Source of the DNA: Rhizophagus irregularis
Lineage: Eukaryota
Direction: 5' to 3'
DNA: 64,000 nt
NCBI RefSeq assembly: GCF_026210795.1
Contig: NC_089435.1
Span: 1,984,001-2,048,000, forward strand
Shown: piece by piece, positions 13,175 to 26,496 of the stretch
Position numbering within the stretch: position 1 is the first letter of the stretch
Layout: each line of letters opens with the position of its first letter
The notes under the pieces: model-generated
Databases searched by the model: none
Seen by the model: the letters and a program-made list of their open reading frames with translations, nothing else
Told to the model about the DNA's origin: nothing
Made by a program: the position numbers and the translations under genes

Positions 13175-14220
13175 AAGAGTTTTGCTAACTTGCCCCCCGG
13201 GTTAAATAACCCAGGTTAAATCACCCCCTAAAAATTTATATTTTACACCAATCAATTTTGATTGGTTAATTTAATTTATTTACGTTACTGAAAATTTGCA
13301 ACACTTTTATTCGCAAAGTTTTTTTGTACTATAATGGTTTAAAAACATTTAATCAAAGTTTATTAATTAGAAAAAACTCATACTTTATTTATTTTTAACA
13401 GGACTAGTAATTATGGTACATATACACAAAAAAATACATGACAATAATAAAGCAAACAAAAGAACAAAGCTATAAGAATAAAGAATGAAACTCATGTAAA
13501 AAGTTAAAGAATGAAATGATGATGAAACCTATGAAACCAAAAAGTAAAATTCGTGACAGAAAAGTAAAAAATATTAAGTCAAAGAGCAGTATAGAGTAAA
13601 GAAAAGATAGTTAGTAAAGAATAAAAATTAGAAAATAAGCAAAAACCTAAATATTAAAGAATAAAAAAAGATACCCACCAAAAAGAAAAAAGAAAAAACC
13701 CCATAATTAAGTTTAAGAGTGAACCCAAAAAAAGTTAATGACCAAATAAAAGCAAGTTAAGAGCAAAACGCGTCATATAATGTTGAAGAGAAAGGAGTTA
13801 AAGAATGGCATAAAGAAAAGAAAATATAGTTAGTAAGGAACAAAATTAAAAAACAAACCCAATAAAAAAAGAGAACGTACCTTTTTAACACGTTAAGATA
13901 TAATATTGTATTAGAAATTGTAAAACCTGGAAGAGCCTAAAAAAATGTACTAAAGAAAAAATAAGAAAGCAGATAAAAATAATAAACAAAAAAAGGAAAT
14001 AGAATGGGAAAAGGAAGGAAAATAAAACGAAACAGAGAGAAAAGAAAAAAAACAAGGGGGAAGGAAAAAACGAAAAAAATAATATAAACATATGGTGTAA
14101 CTACAAATATTAATCAAATTTATCACATGATAGGGGTGAATAATTCATATAATTATATGAAATTTACTAGTAAATTAAATCACCCAGGTTAAATCACCCT
14201 GGGTTAAAATTAGTCTTATA
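13175..14220. mobile_element. Unclassified ~1-kb insertion in the 3' flank of BTB-TLDc copy 2
   Basis: Absent from the paralogous flank of copy 1 (about 9370-9460). Both ends carry cccaggttaaatcaccc repeats. Interior is A-rich. No TSD identified. Confidence 0.55.
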
Positions 14221-15011
14221 CAATATTAAATAATAAGAGGAAAAATTCAAACACATATCAACTATTGTAAATTCAATTTAGTTTACAAGTTGAAATACTT
14301 CATATTCTTCCACAGAAAATATATCATCAGATTCTCTGATATGCTTTTCGTAATCAGCACCATTACAACAACCGGTATCTCCATATAAATCTAGATCACA
14401 GATACCAAATGTTGGACCAAAATCACTACGGTTATACGTGGCATGATTTTCACGTTCTACACGACTTAAAATATAACTTTCAATATCAACACTATTCTCA
14501 AAAGAGAATATAAAGCTATCTTTAGTAGTACCAAAATTTTCTTCATCTAATTCATCATCAGATTCATCAGATTCATCAAATTCATTAGATTCCCACGCAA
14601 TTGGATTATATCCTCCAAGAATTTCATTACTATCTTTCACTTTGATAATTGTTATAGTACGAAATTGATTATCACAGATTTCATGAAATGTTTTAGGTGT
14701 AAACCCATCACGAGATCCACGAAGTAACAATTGGAATTTGTACGCTTTTTCTATCTCATCTGTAATTTCTAATCTATCGATCCATTTTGAAATTAATTCG
14801 GCATGTTGAATTGTAATAATTTTGGAATTAATATAAATTTCATTAGCAGTCGTCATACGAGGTTTTGGTTTTTTATTAGGATTCATAAAATATTTTAATA
14901 AGTCTTCATATAATAAATCCTTTGGTAAAATTTTCCTGTAAGGTAATACTTTATCCGAAAATTCTTCAGAAGACAAATTATGAAATCTGATGAATGGAAT
15001 ACATTGACGTA

Positions 15012-16299
15012 CAGTCACGTCCGAAAGTGATGCCCGATTTAAAATTAATGCCAAAAATGGCAAAACTTTATTGATTTTCATTAAAATTCACATAAAAAAT
15101 AATTACTAAAAATGGTTAATAATGTGTTGGCCCTCCCCTTGCTTCTAGTACTGCATTTATTCTTTGTGGCATTGAAGCAACAACCTCTTCAAAAATGGAG
15201 CAATCCAAATTTTCCCATTCTTCACTTAGTGCAACTTTAAGTTCATCCACAGTTCTTGGAAAGACTTTACAACTCTGGATATTGTCCTTTAACTGCTTCC
15301 AGATGTTTTCTATTGGATTTAGATCGGGAGAATTTGCCGGCCAATCAATAACCACAATTTTATTCTTCTTCAACCAATCCTTGGTTATTTTCCGGTATGT
15401 ATGGGTGCATTATCCTGTTGAAAAATTGCAGCCCTTCCTGTTAACTCATGAACTGTATGCTGAAATGGATACAGATATGAATTTAGGATTCTAATGTAAG
15501 TATTTGAATTGATTTTTTCATTTCCTTCTTTATTTTCATCACAAAAAATTAATGGCCCTTTTATCCCTCCTGCAAAACATCCCCAAACCATGACTGATTT
15601 TCGACCACTTTTAAAGATAGGTGTCAAGCATTCAGTGTTAAACCTTTCCCCTGTGTGTCTCCAAACTCTTATTTGTCGTGACTGCTTGCCAATCTCAACA
15701 CTTGATTCATCTGAGAAAATAACTTGTGCCCAATCATAAGCTGTTTTTTCTTTATATTTCTCACACCAACTAATACGAGCTAATGCATGCTTTTCTGAGA
15801 TAAAGGGTTTTTTTGCAGCAACATGGGAATAAATTCCAACACTATGTAATGCTCTTTTAGCAGTTGTAAGGCTGCAATTTAAATCTAATGTATTAATGAC
15901 TTCATGTAAAGGTTCGCGTCGATCTTGTGTAACTTTGTTTATGAGTGCATTTTTCTCATTATTATTGAGAGCAGGTGGACGCCCCGATCTAGGTAAATTT
16001 TCAGTTTTCCCTGTCTTCTTGTATCTGTCAATAATTCTTCTTATTGTGGTGGGGTCACGACCCATTTTTCTTGCTATTTGTGCAGGGTTAAAATTCTCCA
16101 TATATGCTAGTATTTTTCCTTTATCTTGAGAAGTTAACTCAATTCTATGTGACATTATTTTTTTAACTTTGCAACGCGTTTATTAGGTTATGAAATTGTG
16201 AGAAAAACATTTAAAAATAAAAAAAAGGGGGTATAAATAATGTAAATTTTGTGTATCGTAACACCGTACAAAATCGGGCGTCACTTTCGGACCTGACTG
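15012..16299 (-). mobile_element. Full-length Tc1 (DD34E) transposon
   Basis: 29-bp TIRs (cagtcacgtccgaaagtgatgcccgattt, 2 mismatches). TA TSD at 15010-11 and 16300-01. Removing the element restores the host exon (acattgacgTAcattattc). Confidence 0.95.
15116..16155 (-). pseudogene. Tc1 transposase with a single frameshift near 15390
   Basis: HTH, RSGRP, FSDES, VMVWG, FQQDNAPIH and WPANSPDLNPIE motifs. Restoring one base gives 34 residues between the second D and the E. Confidence 0.9.
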
Positions 16300-17619
16300 T
16301 ACATTATTCTTTAAAGTTTTGAAATCTTCTTTTGAAAAATTTGTAGTATCAGAAGGAAGTTCAGGACTTTGAGCAATTCCCCCATTTTAGCACATGTTCC
16401 CATACTTGAATTTCACTCATTTGAAGATTATCACTTTGAATAAGTGAAACTAAAAGATTTTCTGAAATTGAAGAAAAATTTGGTGATTTGAATATTTTAT
16501 CCGGCTCTTTAGACGTTAAATCAGTACAAAATTTCTGAAGTTCCAAGAAAGAATCATTCTCAAAGCTCGTTTGATATATCAAATTAAAATTTGATTCCAT
16601 CCAATCTGGCTTAGTTTTAACCAAAAAGGATTGTATATCAACGATTAGTTCTTTGAGACCGAATTCATTCGCAGCACACAAGACGTAAATTATATCAGAA
16701 GTATCATATTCCTCCAAGGAAATTCTTCCACTATAAATATATCTAAAAAATAAAAAAGCGTAAATTTAAATATGTTGTTATATTTTGTAATTTTAATTTA
16801 ATTCTTTTTTCTTCTTAATTATTACCTTAAGATTATTTGAAAAGTCTCAGGTAAAATATTTGATAATTTTATATGAACCAAAGTCCCATCATTATTCTTT
16901 TTATTTGTTGACAACATTCTTCGTAGATACGTGGAACGATAATGTAGGATAACCATATGAGCATGAAATATCTTTATGTAAGGGTCATTACCAACTTCAA
17001 TAGTAACATCATAATATTCTTCATCATTTAAAATGTCAAGTAAATTTTGAGATAATTTCGGTAAAAATTTATTATCATTCATAATTTTAATAAATTTTTT
17101 AAAAAAAATGGAATGAAAGGATTAACAACTTTGTTAAATAACTTTTTATATAAATTGCTGCTGCAGCTTGTTGATCTGAGTCATGTCTTATTAGGCAAGT
17201 ACTACCAGATAATTTCTAAATATGCGAAAAAAATTGATTAATAATCATAACAACAATGTAAAAGTTTACGAATCTATTTTCTGACGAATACCAGATTTTT
17301 TAATTTTTTAAACTTATTTCGATTTTAACTTAAATTCAAAAAAAAAAAGTTTAAAGTATATTAAAGACGCAGATATCAAATTTTTGAGAAATTTATCTTA
17401 TGATTAATCTCTAGTTAGTATTAATATTATTATAAGATGATTTCTATTTGTACACTATGTGTGTGAATATGGGTTGGATCATATAATTATAATAAACTAG
17501 GGAAACGGTAAACCGTTACGTAGTCCGGAGCTTATCAGTATATAGGTAGATAATCACATGCTCAATTAACCGATCGAGATAATTTCGTGTGATATAAGAG
17601 CCAATTAAACGTCGACTCA

Positions 17620-18012
17620 ATAAATCGGCCGTATTTCGTCTTCATCCCTCCAATTATACCCTTGTTGAATTTTGATTCTAGAATCAATATTAATTTCTTT
17701 AGTAGACATACGAGGTTTTGATTTTTTAATTGATTGGTTATTAGGATTTATAAAATATTTTAACAAGTCTTCATATAATAAATCCTTTGATAAAACCTCT
17801 AACAACTCTACTATATGTACCTCTACCTCTACTTCTTTCATGATAAATCGGCCGTATTTCGTCTTCATCCCTCCAATTATACCCTTGTTGAATTGTGATT
17901 CTAGAATCAATATTAATTTCTTTAGTAGACATACGAGGTTTTGATTTTTTAATTGATTGGTTATTAGGATTTATAAAATATTTTAACAAGTCTTCATATA
18001 ATAAATCCTTTG
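17620..18012. repeat. 170-bp direct duplication (17620-17789 and 17843-18012) with a 53-bp spacer
   Basis: Near-identical copies spanning the gene/foreign junction. Confidence 0.9.
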
Positions 18013-18885
18013 GTAAAATCTTCCTGTAAGGTAATACTTTATCCGAAAATTCTTCAGGAGATAAATTATGAAATCTGATAAATGGAATACATTGACGCAA
18101 ATTATTCTTTAAAGTTTTGAAATCTTCTTTTGAAAAATTTGTAGTATCGGAAGGAAGTTCTGGACTTTGAGCAAGTCCCCATTTAAGCACATGTTCCCAT
18201 ATTTGAATTTCGCTCATTTGAAAATAATCGCTTTGAATAAGTGAAACCAAAAGATTTTCTGGAATTGAAGAAAAATTTGGTGATTTGAATATTTTATCCG
18301 GCTCTTTAGACGTTAAATCAGTACAAAATTTCTGAAGTTCCAAGAAAGAATCATTCTCAAAGCTCGTTTGATATATCAAATTAAAATTTGATTCCATCCA
18401 ATCTGCTTTAGTTTCAACCAAAAAGGATTGTATATCAACGATTAGTTCTTGGAGACCAAGTTCACTCGCAGCAAGCAAGACGTTAATTATATCAGAAGTA
18501 TCATATTCCTCCAAAGAAATTCTTCCACCATAAATATATCTGAAATAAAAAAGTATTACATTATTATATAATTATTTTGTGATCTAAATTTTTGTAATTT
18601 AAATTCAAGTTCTTTTCTTTACTCTTACCTCAAGATTATTTGAAAAGTTTCAGGTAAAATATTTGATAATTTTATATGAACTAAAGTTCCATAATTTTAC
18701 TTCTTATTTGTTGATAAAATTCTTCGTAAATAAGTGGAACGATAATGTAAGATAACCATATGAGCACGAAATATCTTTATATGAGGGTCATTACCAACTT
18801 CAATAGTAACATCATAATATTCTTCATCATTTAAAATGTCAAGTAAATTTTGAGATAATTTTGGTAAAAATTTATTATCATTCAT
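17771..18885 (-). pseudogene. BTB-BACK copy 3: in-frame stop in exon 1, TLDc domain lost
   Basis: Exon 1 reads STNKK*NYGTLV. Exon 2 homology ends at INIDSRITIQ (about 17888) and continues into foreign sequence. Confidence 0.85.
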
Positions 18886-21439
18886 AATTTAATAATTTTT
18901 TTTAAAAAAAATGAAATGATTAACAATATAAATGTCGAATGCTTAACCTTATATATAGTTGCTGCTGCAGCTTGTTGATCTGAGGCATCGTCTTATTATA
19001 CCGGATATAGGTCTGTGATGATTCCAACCCGAATAATAATAATCTGAATCGAATGTTAAAAAACAAATTTTATCAATGTATGACTTTTATATTTTTTCTT
19101 ATGTTTTATCTTGTAATAAAAAATTTTCAAAAACTGCATTTTATTAGTAGTACTCGTATGGGTTAATCTATCAAATGTCACATCAAAACAATGTGATAAA
19201 ATTGCATAAATTCAAGATCATCACAAATATAACCAATCAAAAATTGGCACATTTTAGTGTAACGAATGAGAAAAAAAATTAATGAACGCGAAAGTAAAGA
19301 AAGTAAAGCTGTTCTTTTATATAAGAAATTATTAATCTTTAAAGTAAATAATAATAGTTAAATGAAAATATGACATATTATTTATACTTTTACTTGAAAT
19401 ACCTAATCTAATGAAAAAAACAATAAATATTTCGCTAAATCTCAAAATAGAAAATTTTTTTGAAAAAAAATAAAAAAAAATATATCTTTATTACAAAATT
19501 GTCAAATTATCATTATTATAAACTATAACTATAACACCAAGAGATAAAATTAACACCCTAGAAATATATTATTTATTGTATAATATGTATAATATATAAT
19601 AACTATAATATTCGGAATCTTAAAAATGCTCTAAGAAATTATATAATACAAAACTGCTGTTAAAATGTTTCAATAATATTGCAATAATGTTGTAAAGCAA
19701 AGCTAAAAAAAAATAAGAAAAACAACTATTAGGAATCGTTCGTTAAAATAAAAAATTAAAAAAAGACAAAATTGCCAAAATTCGCATCTAAGGAGAATGA
19801 AAAAATCACCTAAAAAAAAGAAAAAATTGAAACGCTGGAAACGTTTTGTTAAGGTTTTTCAACTAAAAGTGCAAGGGATGCGGGAAAAGAGGAAGAAAAG
19901 AAGTTGATCAACTGCGGACTATGCACGTAATAGTCGTAATACACGTGATACACATTCCCCAATGTACAGTACAATCAGTACATACATATTGTATATATAT
20001 ATATCTATTATACGAAAATCCCCTCCTCTGTAAACATGTAAACAGGTAGAGATCATTAGTACCTATAGGGGGAGAGCATTCCGCCTGTTTATAGTGACAA
20101 AAAGAGGGAGTCTTCAGTAGTAAAGTTTAATATAATAATAAAAAGTAAACTGAATAAAAAAATTGCCATTGATAGTTATTTTTATGAATTTTTTTATGAA
20201 TTTTTTGATTTTCAATAATAAAAAATTACGAAAAAAATTACTTTTATTTAAAAAAATTACATTTAAAAATTGTTATATTATTGCTTCTATACAGTCGAAA
20301 TGAAGTGAAACGAAGAGAATCTATACTTTACAAATAATTTTTTTTCGAAAAAATCCACACTTTTTAAAATTAAAAAAAAATAATTAAATGTATTGCTTCC
20401 ATATATCCAATTTTTATTTTTATTTTTGTATAAAAAAGTGAACGAAGCTACAGTAAAGATAAAACAAAAAAAATTAATTCGTCAATAATCTAGACTCACT
20501 GTAAAGTCAAACCGCTACCAAGGCGATGCCACTTTGGTGGAAAAATAAAAAAATTATTTCGGTATTTATAAAATTTCGGTATTTATGGTAAAAACAAAAA
20601 AAAAAAAATTAATATTACATGGCTGGTTAGTTGCGGCAACCGAGAGAGCGCAAACGAAATACAAGACAAATTTTCAAGGACCGGATTGGACCGGATCAAT
20701 TCAACTCTAGATCTAACCTTGATTGATATCGTGCATTCCAATTTAAAATCGGTACCAATGATTGAATTTCATAAAAATTGCACGTACATCTTTTTGCCAT
20801 ATCTCATAATTTACTATATTCTGTATTGATTTAATTATTTCAAACTATTTTTTATGCAGAAATTAGGTTTTTTATACACCAAATTTCCATGATCAATCAA
20901 AAGTAGATTGATTTTAATCGAGGCAAATATTTTCGTGATCTAACACTCAAGGTGTTATAACATATAATTTTAATTTATTAAGTAGTCGATTAAAGAAATT
21001 TATTTTAGTATTACAAAATTTTATAATTTGTTAAAGAAACTAATTTAATACAAAATTTTAGCAATTTTTACGAAAAGTCATTCATAAAATATAAAAGTTT
21101 GTCAAGAGATAATTGAGTATGGAAAAGTTAAATTTTATCTAAGGTTCTTTAACTAATAATAAAAAGGATTTTCTTAAAAATAAAAAACTCTGGTTATGCG
21201 CTAACTTTTCTTGTACACATACTGGTTTGTATATTTCCTGGCGATTGTTCATAATATTTTGAAAGGAAATAAAGATACAATAAATAAAAAATCTGATATT
21301 AATTACTACGAATTATTATTTAAAACATCCAAACCAACTATGATGATTTTCAAATAAATCAAAATTGCAGACATCAAATGATTGACCATAGTTACATACA
21401 ACTATATTCTTCAATCTTTACACAACTTAATATGTAATT

Positions 21440-21890
21440 TTCAGTATCTTCACTATTCTTAAAAGAGAATATAAAAACTATTATTGGTAAGAATATATTT
21501 TTATGGGAATTCTATTTAATTGGATTATGTCCTCTAAAAATTTCTTTACTACCTTCAACTTTTATAATTGTTATAAGTACGAGATTGATCGTCACAGATT
21601 TCATGAAATTTTTGAAATTTTAAATCCATTAACGAAGTAAAGTTTGAATTTGGCTTGTTTGTGAAGTTGCTACCTTTATAAGATTTCCGTTCAATAGGAT
21701 TATATCTACTAGAATTTTATATTATCTTTCACTTTAATCATTACTACAATATGAGATATCACAGATTCCATAAAAACTTTTAAGTACAAATCCATTACGA
21801 GATCGCAAAATAATAATTTGAATTTGTACTCATTTTCTCTCATTTGTAATTCCAATCTATCGATTCATTTGATATTAATACATGTTGAAA
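21440..21890 (-). pseudogene. Two degraded TLDc-exon relics
   Basis: Fragments of the ELISKWIDRLE, FHEICD and EILGGYNP coding sequence occur twice (about 21440-21650 and 21685-21890), with indels. Confidence 0.7.
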
Positions 21891-22430
21891 CATAAATTCC
21901 TTTATTACACTTGTAAAATTGATCTCATACCTGAGTTTTATATATACCTGTTGTCTTATGAATGTTTTACATCGAAAATTATTTGACATACTTCACACAT
22001 TTCAATTTTAATTAAATTCATATTTAAAGAAAGATTAAAATACAGCAAAAAGCAACATTATTTTAAAATATCATTATATCTTCAAATTAAATAATGATCA
22101 TTTATAGTATCATATACAATAATTTTGATGGTGTCGAACCTCGAACGTTTATTAATAAATGTAAGTAATATTAAATAAAATTTAAGTAATCACCTATTAT
22201 TTCTTTTTCTTAAATTTTTACATAGTTTAATTGAGATTCTTTAACCACTAAGGAAGGTTTGCTTAAAAATAAGATATTAGATATGCATTGATTTTTTTTT
22301 GTATACATAAGGTACTAGTTAATCAATCATTACGATAATAATAACATATTTCTTCTTATTTTCCTGACGGATATATATTTTAAAATAAAATGCTGTAAAT
22401 AAAACAACTATCAATATCAACTATTACAAT

Positions 22431-23960
22431 TTAATCTTCTCTTATAATTTGGAATACTTCATATTCCTCCACATAAAAAACATCAGTAGTTTCTCTAATT
22501 TTTTTTTCAAAATTACGATTAATACAAGTACCGTAGTCTCCAAATAAAGTGAGATCACCACCAAATGATGGTCCAAAATCATGATAGTTTAGTATTGCTT
22601 GTATTTCTCTTTTTACACGACCTAAAATATAACTTTCAATATTATAACTGTTCTTGAAAGAGAATATAAACCTATCTCTAATAGATTTATAAATTTCACT
22701 CTCTTTATTAGATCTCCATTCAATATTATTTTTATCCATTGTACGCCACTCAAGTGGATTATATCCACCAAGAATTTCATTACTATCTTTCACTTTAATA
22801 ATTACTACAGTATGAGATCGATTATCACAGATTTCATGAAATTTTTTTGGTGTAAATTCGTCTCGAGATCCACGAAGTAATAATCTGAATTTATATACAT
22901 TCTCTATTTCATCCGTAATTTCTAATCTATCGATCCATTTTGATATTAACTTGACATGTTGAATTGTAATGATTGTAGAATCTATATTAATTTCTTTAGT
23001 AGGCATACGAAATTTTGATTTTTTAATTGATTGATTATTAGGATTCATAAAATATTTTAATAAATCATCATATAATAACTCTTTTGGTAAGATTTTCCTG
23101 TAAGGTAATACTTTATTCGAAAATTCTTCAGAAGATAAATTATGAAATCTGATAAATGGAATACATTGACTGATATTATTCTTTAAAATTTTGAAATCTT
23201 CTTTTGAAAAATTTGTAGGATCAGAAGGAAGTTCTGGACTTTGAGAAAGTCCCCATTTAAGCATATGTTCCCATACTTGAATTTCGCTCATTTGAAGATT
23301 ATCATTTTGAATAAGTGAAACCAAAAGTTTTTCTGGAATTGAAGAAAAATTTGATGATTTGAATATTTCATCCGGTTCTTTAGACATTAAATCAGTACAA
23401 AATTTCTGAAGTTCTAATAAAGAATCATTTTCAAAACTTGTTTGATATATCAAATTAAAATTTGATTTCATCCAATCTGTCTTAGTTTTAATTAGAAAGG
23501 ATTGTACATAAGTGATTAGTTCTTTGAGACCAAATTCACTCGCAGCAGACAAGACGTTAATTATATCTGAAATATTATATTCCTCCAAAGAAATTTTTCC
23601 ACCATAAATATAACTAAAAAAAAAAGAATAAATTTCAATACGTTATTATATAAACATTTTGTTATTTAAATTTTGTAAAATTCTAACTATTCTTAGTTCT
23701 TACCTCAAGATTATTTGAAAAGTTTCAGGTAAAATATTTGATAATTTTATATGAACCAAAGTTCCATCATTTTTCTTTTTATTGGTTGATAAAGTTCTTC
23801 GTAAATAAGTGGAACGATAATGTAAGATAACCATATGAGCACGAAATATCTTTATATAAGGATCATTACCAACTTCAATAGTAACATCATAATATTCTTC
23901 ATCATTTAAAATTTCAAGTAAATTTTGAGATAATTTCGGTAAAAGTTTATTATCATCCAT
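22431..23960 (-). CDS. BTB/POZ-BACK-TLDc protein, copy 4 (exons 23960-23704 and 23613-22431)
   Basis: GT-AG intron 23703-23614 joins in frame. All family motifs are present. Confidence 0.9.
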
Positions 23961-25399
23961 GATTCAATAAATTTGTGATGATAATTTTGTTGATTCGATT
24001 AACCTATATATATAATTTCTGTTGCGGCTTGTTATGCAACGTTCAAGTAGCACGGATTATTATCGTAATCTGCATAAGAATATGTAAGTAATTTGTAAAG
24101 ATTTTAAATGTGATTATGAGATCGCCACATAGTATACAATTCGTACCATGTAATAAGAAATTTAATGTTTGTCTATGGTATGCTTAAACAGGTTAGATTA
24201 TCTAATACATAAATATACGAGTACAAGTATTTCTCTTTCAAATATAAGTAATATATAGTTATATAATATATATAAGCGAATTGTTCTCATGAGTTGCACA
24301 AATATGCAGATTAGTATGTTAAGACTTTCTGCGCTTACTTATCTGACGAAAGGATCATGAACTGATGAAAGGATCACTAGGTTTTGGAAAATAATCTCAT
24401 TCAATAATTAACAATAATTAACTATGCACATATTATCGCTATATTTTACGTTTCAAATTAATTAATCCAATCCTTAATGAATACATAATATAATCATGAA
24501 CTAAGTGAAAATTTAAGTAGTACATTGCCAATATAAGTTATTACAAATTGAGCTTTTATATGTTGCAAATATCTTTGGAAAATTAAACTCAAATTAGGCT
24601 CGATAATTATGATTATGCAAAATAATATAATTGCATAGATGACAATAATATGAAACGTCGTGATAATTTTCCGGATTTATTAGCTTTCAATAACCTTATA
24701 CTGTACAAGATTCCCTTTTTCTAATGAACCTAAATATCTTAATATGGAAACTTTAAAATCATTTTTTAATAACTGGAATAGTGAATATTAAAGAGTACAA
24801 AATAAAAGAAATTGTAGAATAAGATTATCATTATTATGAAGATTTTTGGAATTACAAAATAATATGACCATACATGATATTAAATATAAAGAAATCATGA
24901 ATAATGAATTATGTGGAAATGAAAATTAATATTTAATAAAACAATATATTTATGACATTAAAAATTATTACTAAATCTCTTAATTGGATAATTATTATTA
25001 ATACCTTAGATAATTAATCATCTTTTTGTTTCGCTTCATCATTTTTATGTAATAATGTTAACTTACTAAAAATATAAAATAGACTCTTACATAACACCAT
25101 ATATTGTGTGATTGATTTTAACTCATCATGACACAATTATTATCAGTTAGCTCTTTTCATCTTTTCATTCCTTCAAAAAAAAATTTCAAAATTAATTAGT
25201 TATTATATTTTTTAAGATTAAATGATATAAATAACAACATAAACGTAATTATTGCTAGTTAATGTGAAGTTATAATTCATAAATTTATAAAAAATTTTGT
25301 CGTAAGGATATTCGCTTTAGGAAAATAAAAATAAAAATTTATGGACTAATTTTATAAAGAATATCTGAATCATTAATTGTAATTCATACTCGTGGTAAT

Positions 25400-25900
25400 C
25401 TTCCTATTTCGGTAACAAATAAATTAACATTTAATGCAAGGAATTAAATAATGTAATTTACTTTATAAAAATTATTTAAGTATTGAATATACTGCTGAAA
25501 ATGATGATACTGATTCAATTCGATTAATATGGAAATTTATTGAATTACTCAAGATCCAGAATCATTAAATTATATAATATATGGAACTTGGTAATTTAAG
25601 ATCTAATTTAATGATAAAAAAACATTATCCTTATAATAAATATCATAATTTACGCCGAATAACAAAATCACTTTCAATATTACATAAATGTAATTTGTTT
25701 CATGGCGATTTCCCATAGTGGAAATTTAATTTTACGTAATTCTTATTTGATTTTATAAGTGATTTAGGATTAATTAGACCAGCAAATGAATCTACTAAAC
25801 CGAATAAAAATTATGGTATAATTCCTTATAGTATATTTCTCCTACTGCGTGGCAAACCATATACCAAAGCTGCTGATATATATTCTTTAAGCATTATAAC
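25400..25900 (+). pseudogene. Degraded TKL-type protein kinase
   Basis: Frameshifted remnants reading HKCNLFHGDF-HSGNL, SDLG, YGIIPY and GKPYTKAADIYS. Boundaries are approximate. Confidence 0.7.
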
Positions 25901-26496
25901 TCGTCAACTCGACAGTGAATTGTATAATTAATTCGAATGTTATAATTGCTTAATTTAAAGTACCAACTACTATACTAAATCATAATTTGTCTAAAAATTA
26001 TTTGATATAAATCAAGTTATAAAAGAAATTTTCTCTAGTTTCTTCTTTTAAAAAAATTATCACTGGTATTCTGCAATAATAACGTACAAATCTTATCTCT
26101 TTCACTTGTGAATTAATTAAATTTATTTAATATTTACAAAGAATTTATATATTAATTAATGCACCAAATCAATTGCGATAATTTTAATTCAAAATTAGTT
26201 ATACGAATATAAATATAATATAAATAATTACTCTGATCTCTTGTTAAGCTCTTTGGATCACGTGATTCACGTGATTTAGAAATTCAAACGTGATTGACCA
26301 TGGCGTTTTTTTTTGATTTATGCACCTGCTGCACCTTTAAGTTCACCAATTAATCATCATGTTTATTTTTATTATGCATGGGCGGGACAAATGACAATTA
26401 ACTCGTTTAGATATATATTTGTTTGTGAAAGAATTTGTTAACTGTTAAATCCATAAATTGCATTTTTAACAAAAAAAATTTAGTTTATCTCACATT

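Larger units (their letters stand above)
14278..17082 (-). pseudogene. BTB-BACK-TLDc copy 2, disrupted by a Tc1 insertion and a +1 frameshift
   Basis: Same exon structure as copy 1. An extra C at 16379-16383 (ccccc vs cccc) shifts the frame after VLKWG. The Tc1 element splits exon 2. Confidence 0.9.

Noticed and set aside
14278..15081. 267-aa ORF with a signal-peptide-like start (MKINKVLPFLALIL)
   Set aside because: The N-terminus is read from the Tc1 end into the broken host exon. There is no evidence it is a real gene.
19015..19050. C/D box snoRNA (gtgatga...ctga)
   Set aside because: The boxes are only about 25 nt apart, too short.
20015..20115. Small inverted repeat or MITE
   Set aside because: The arms are too degenerate and no TSD was found.
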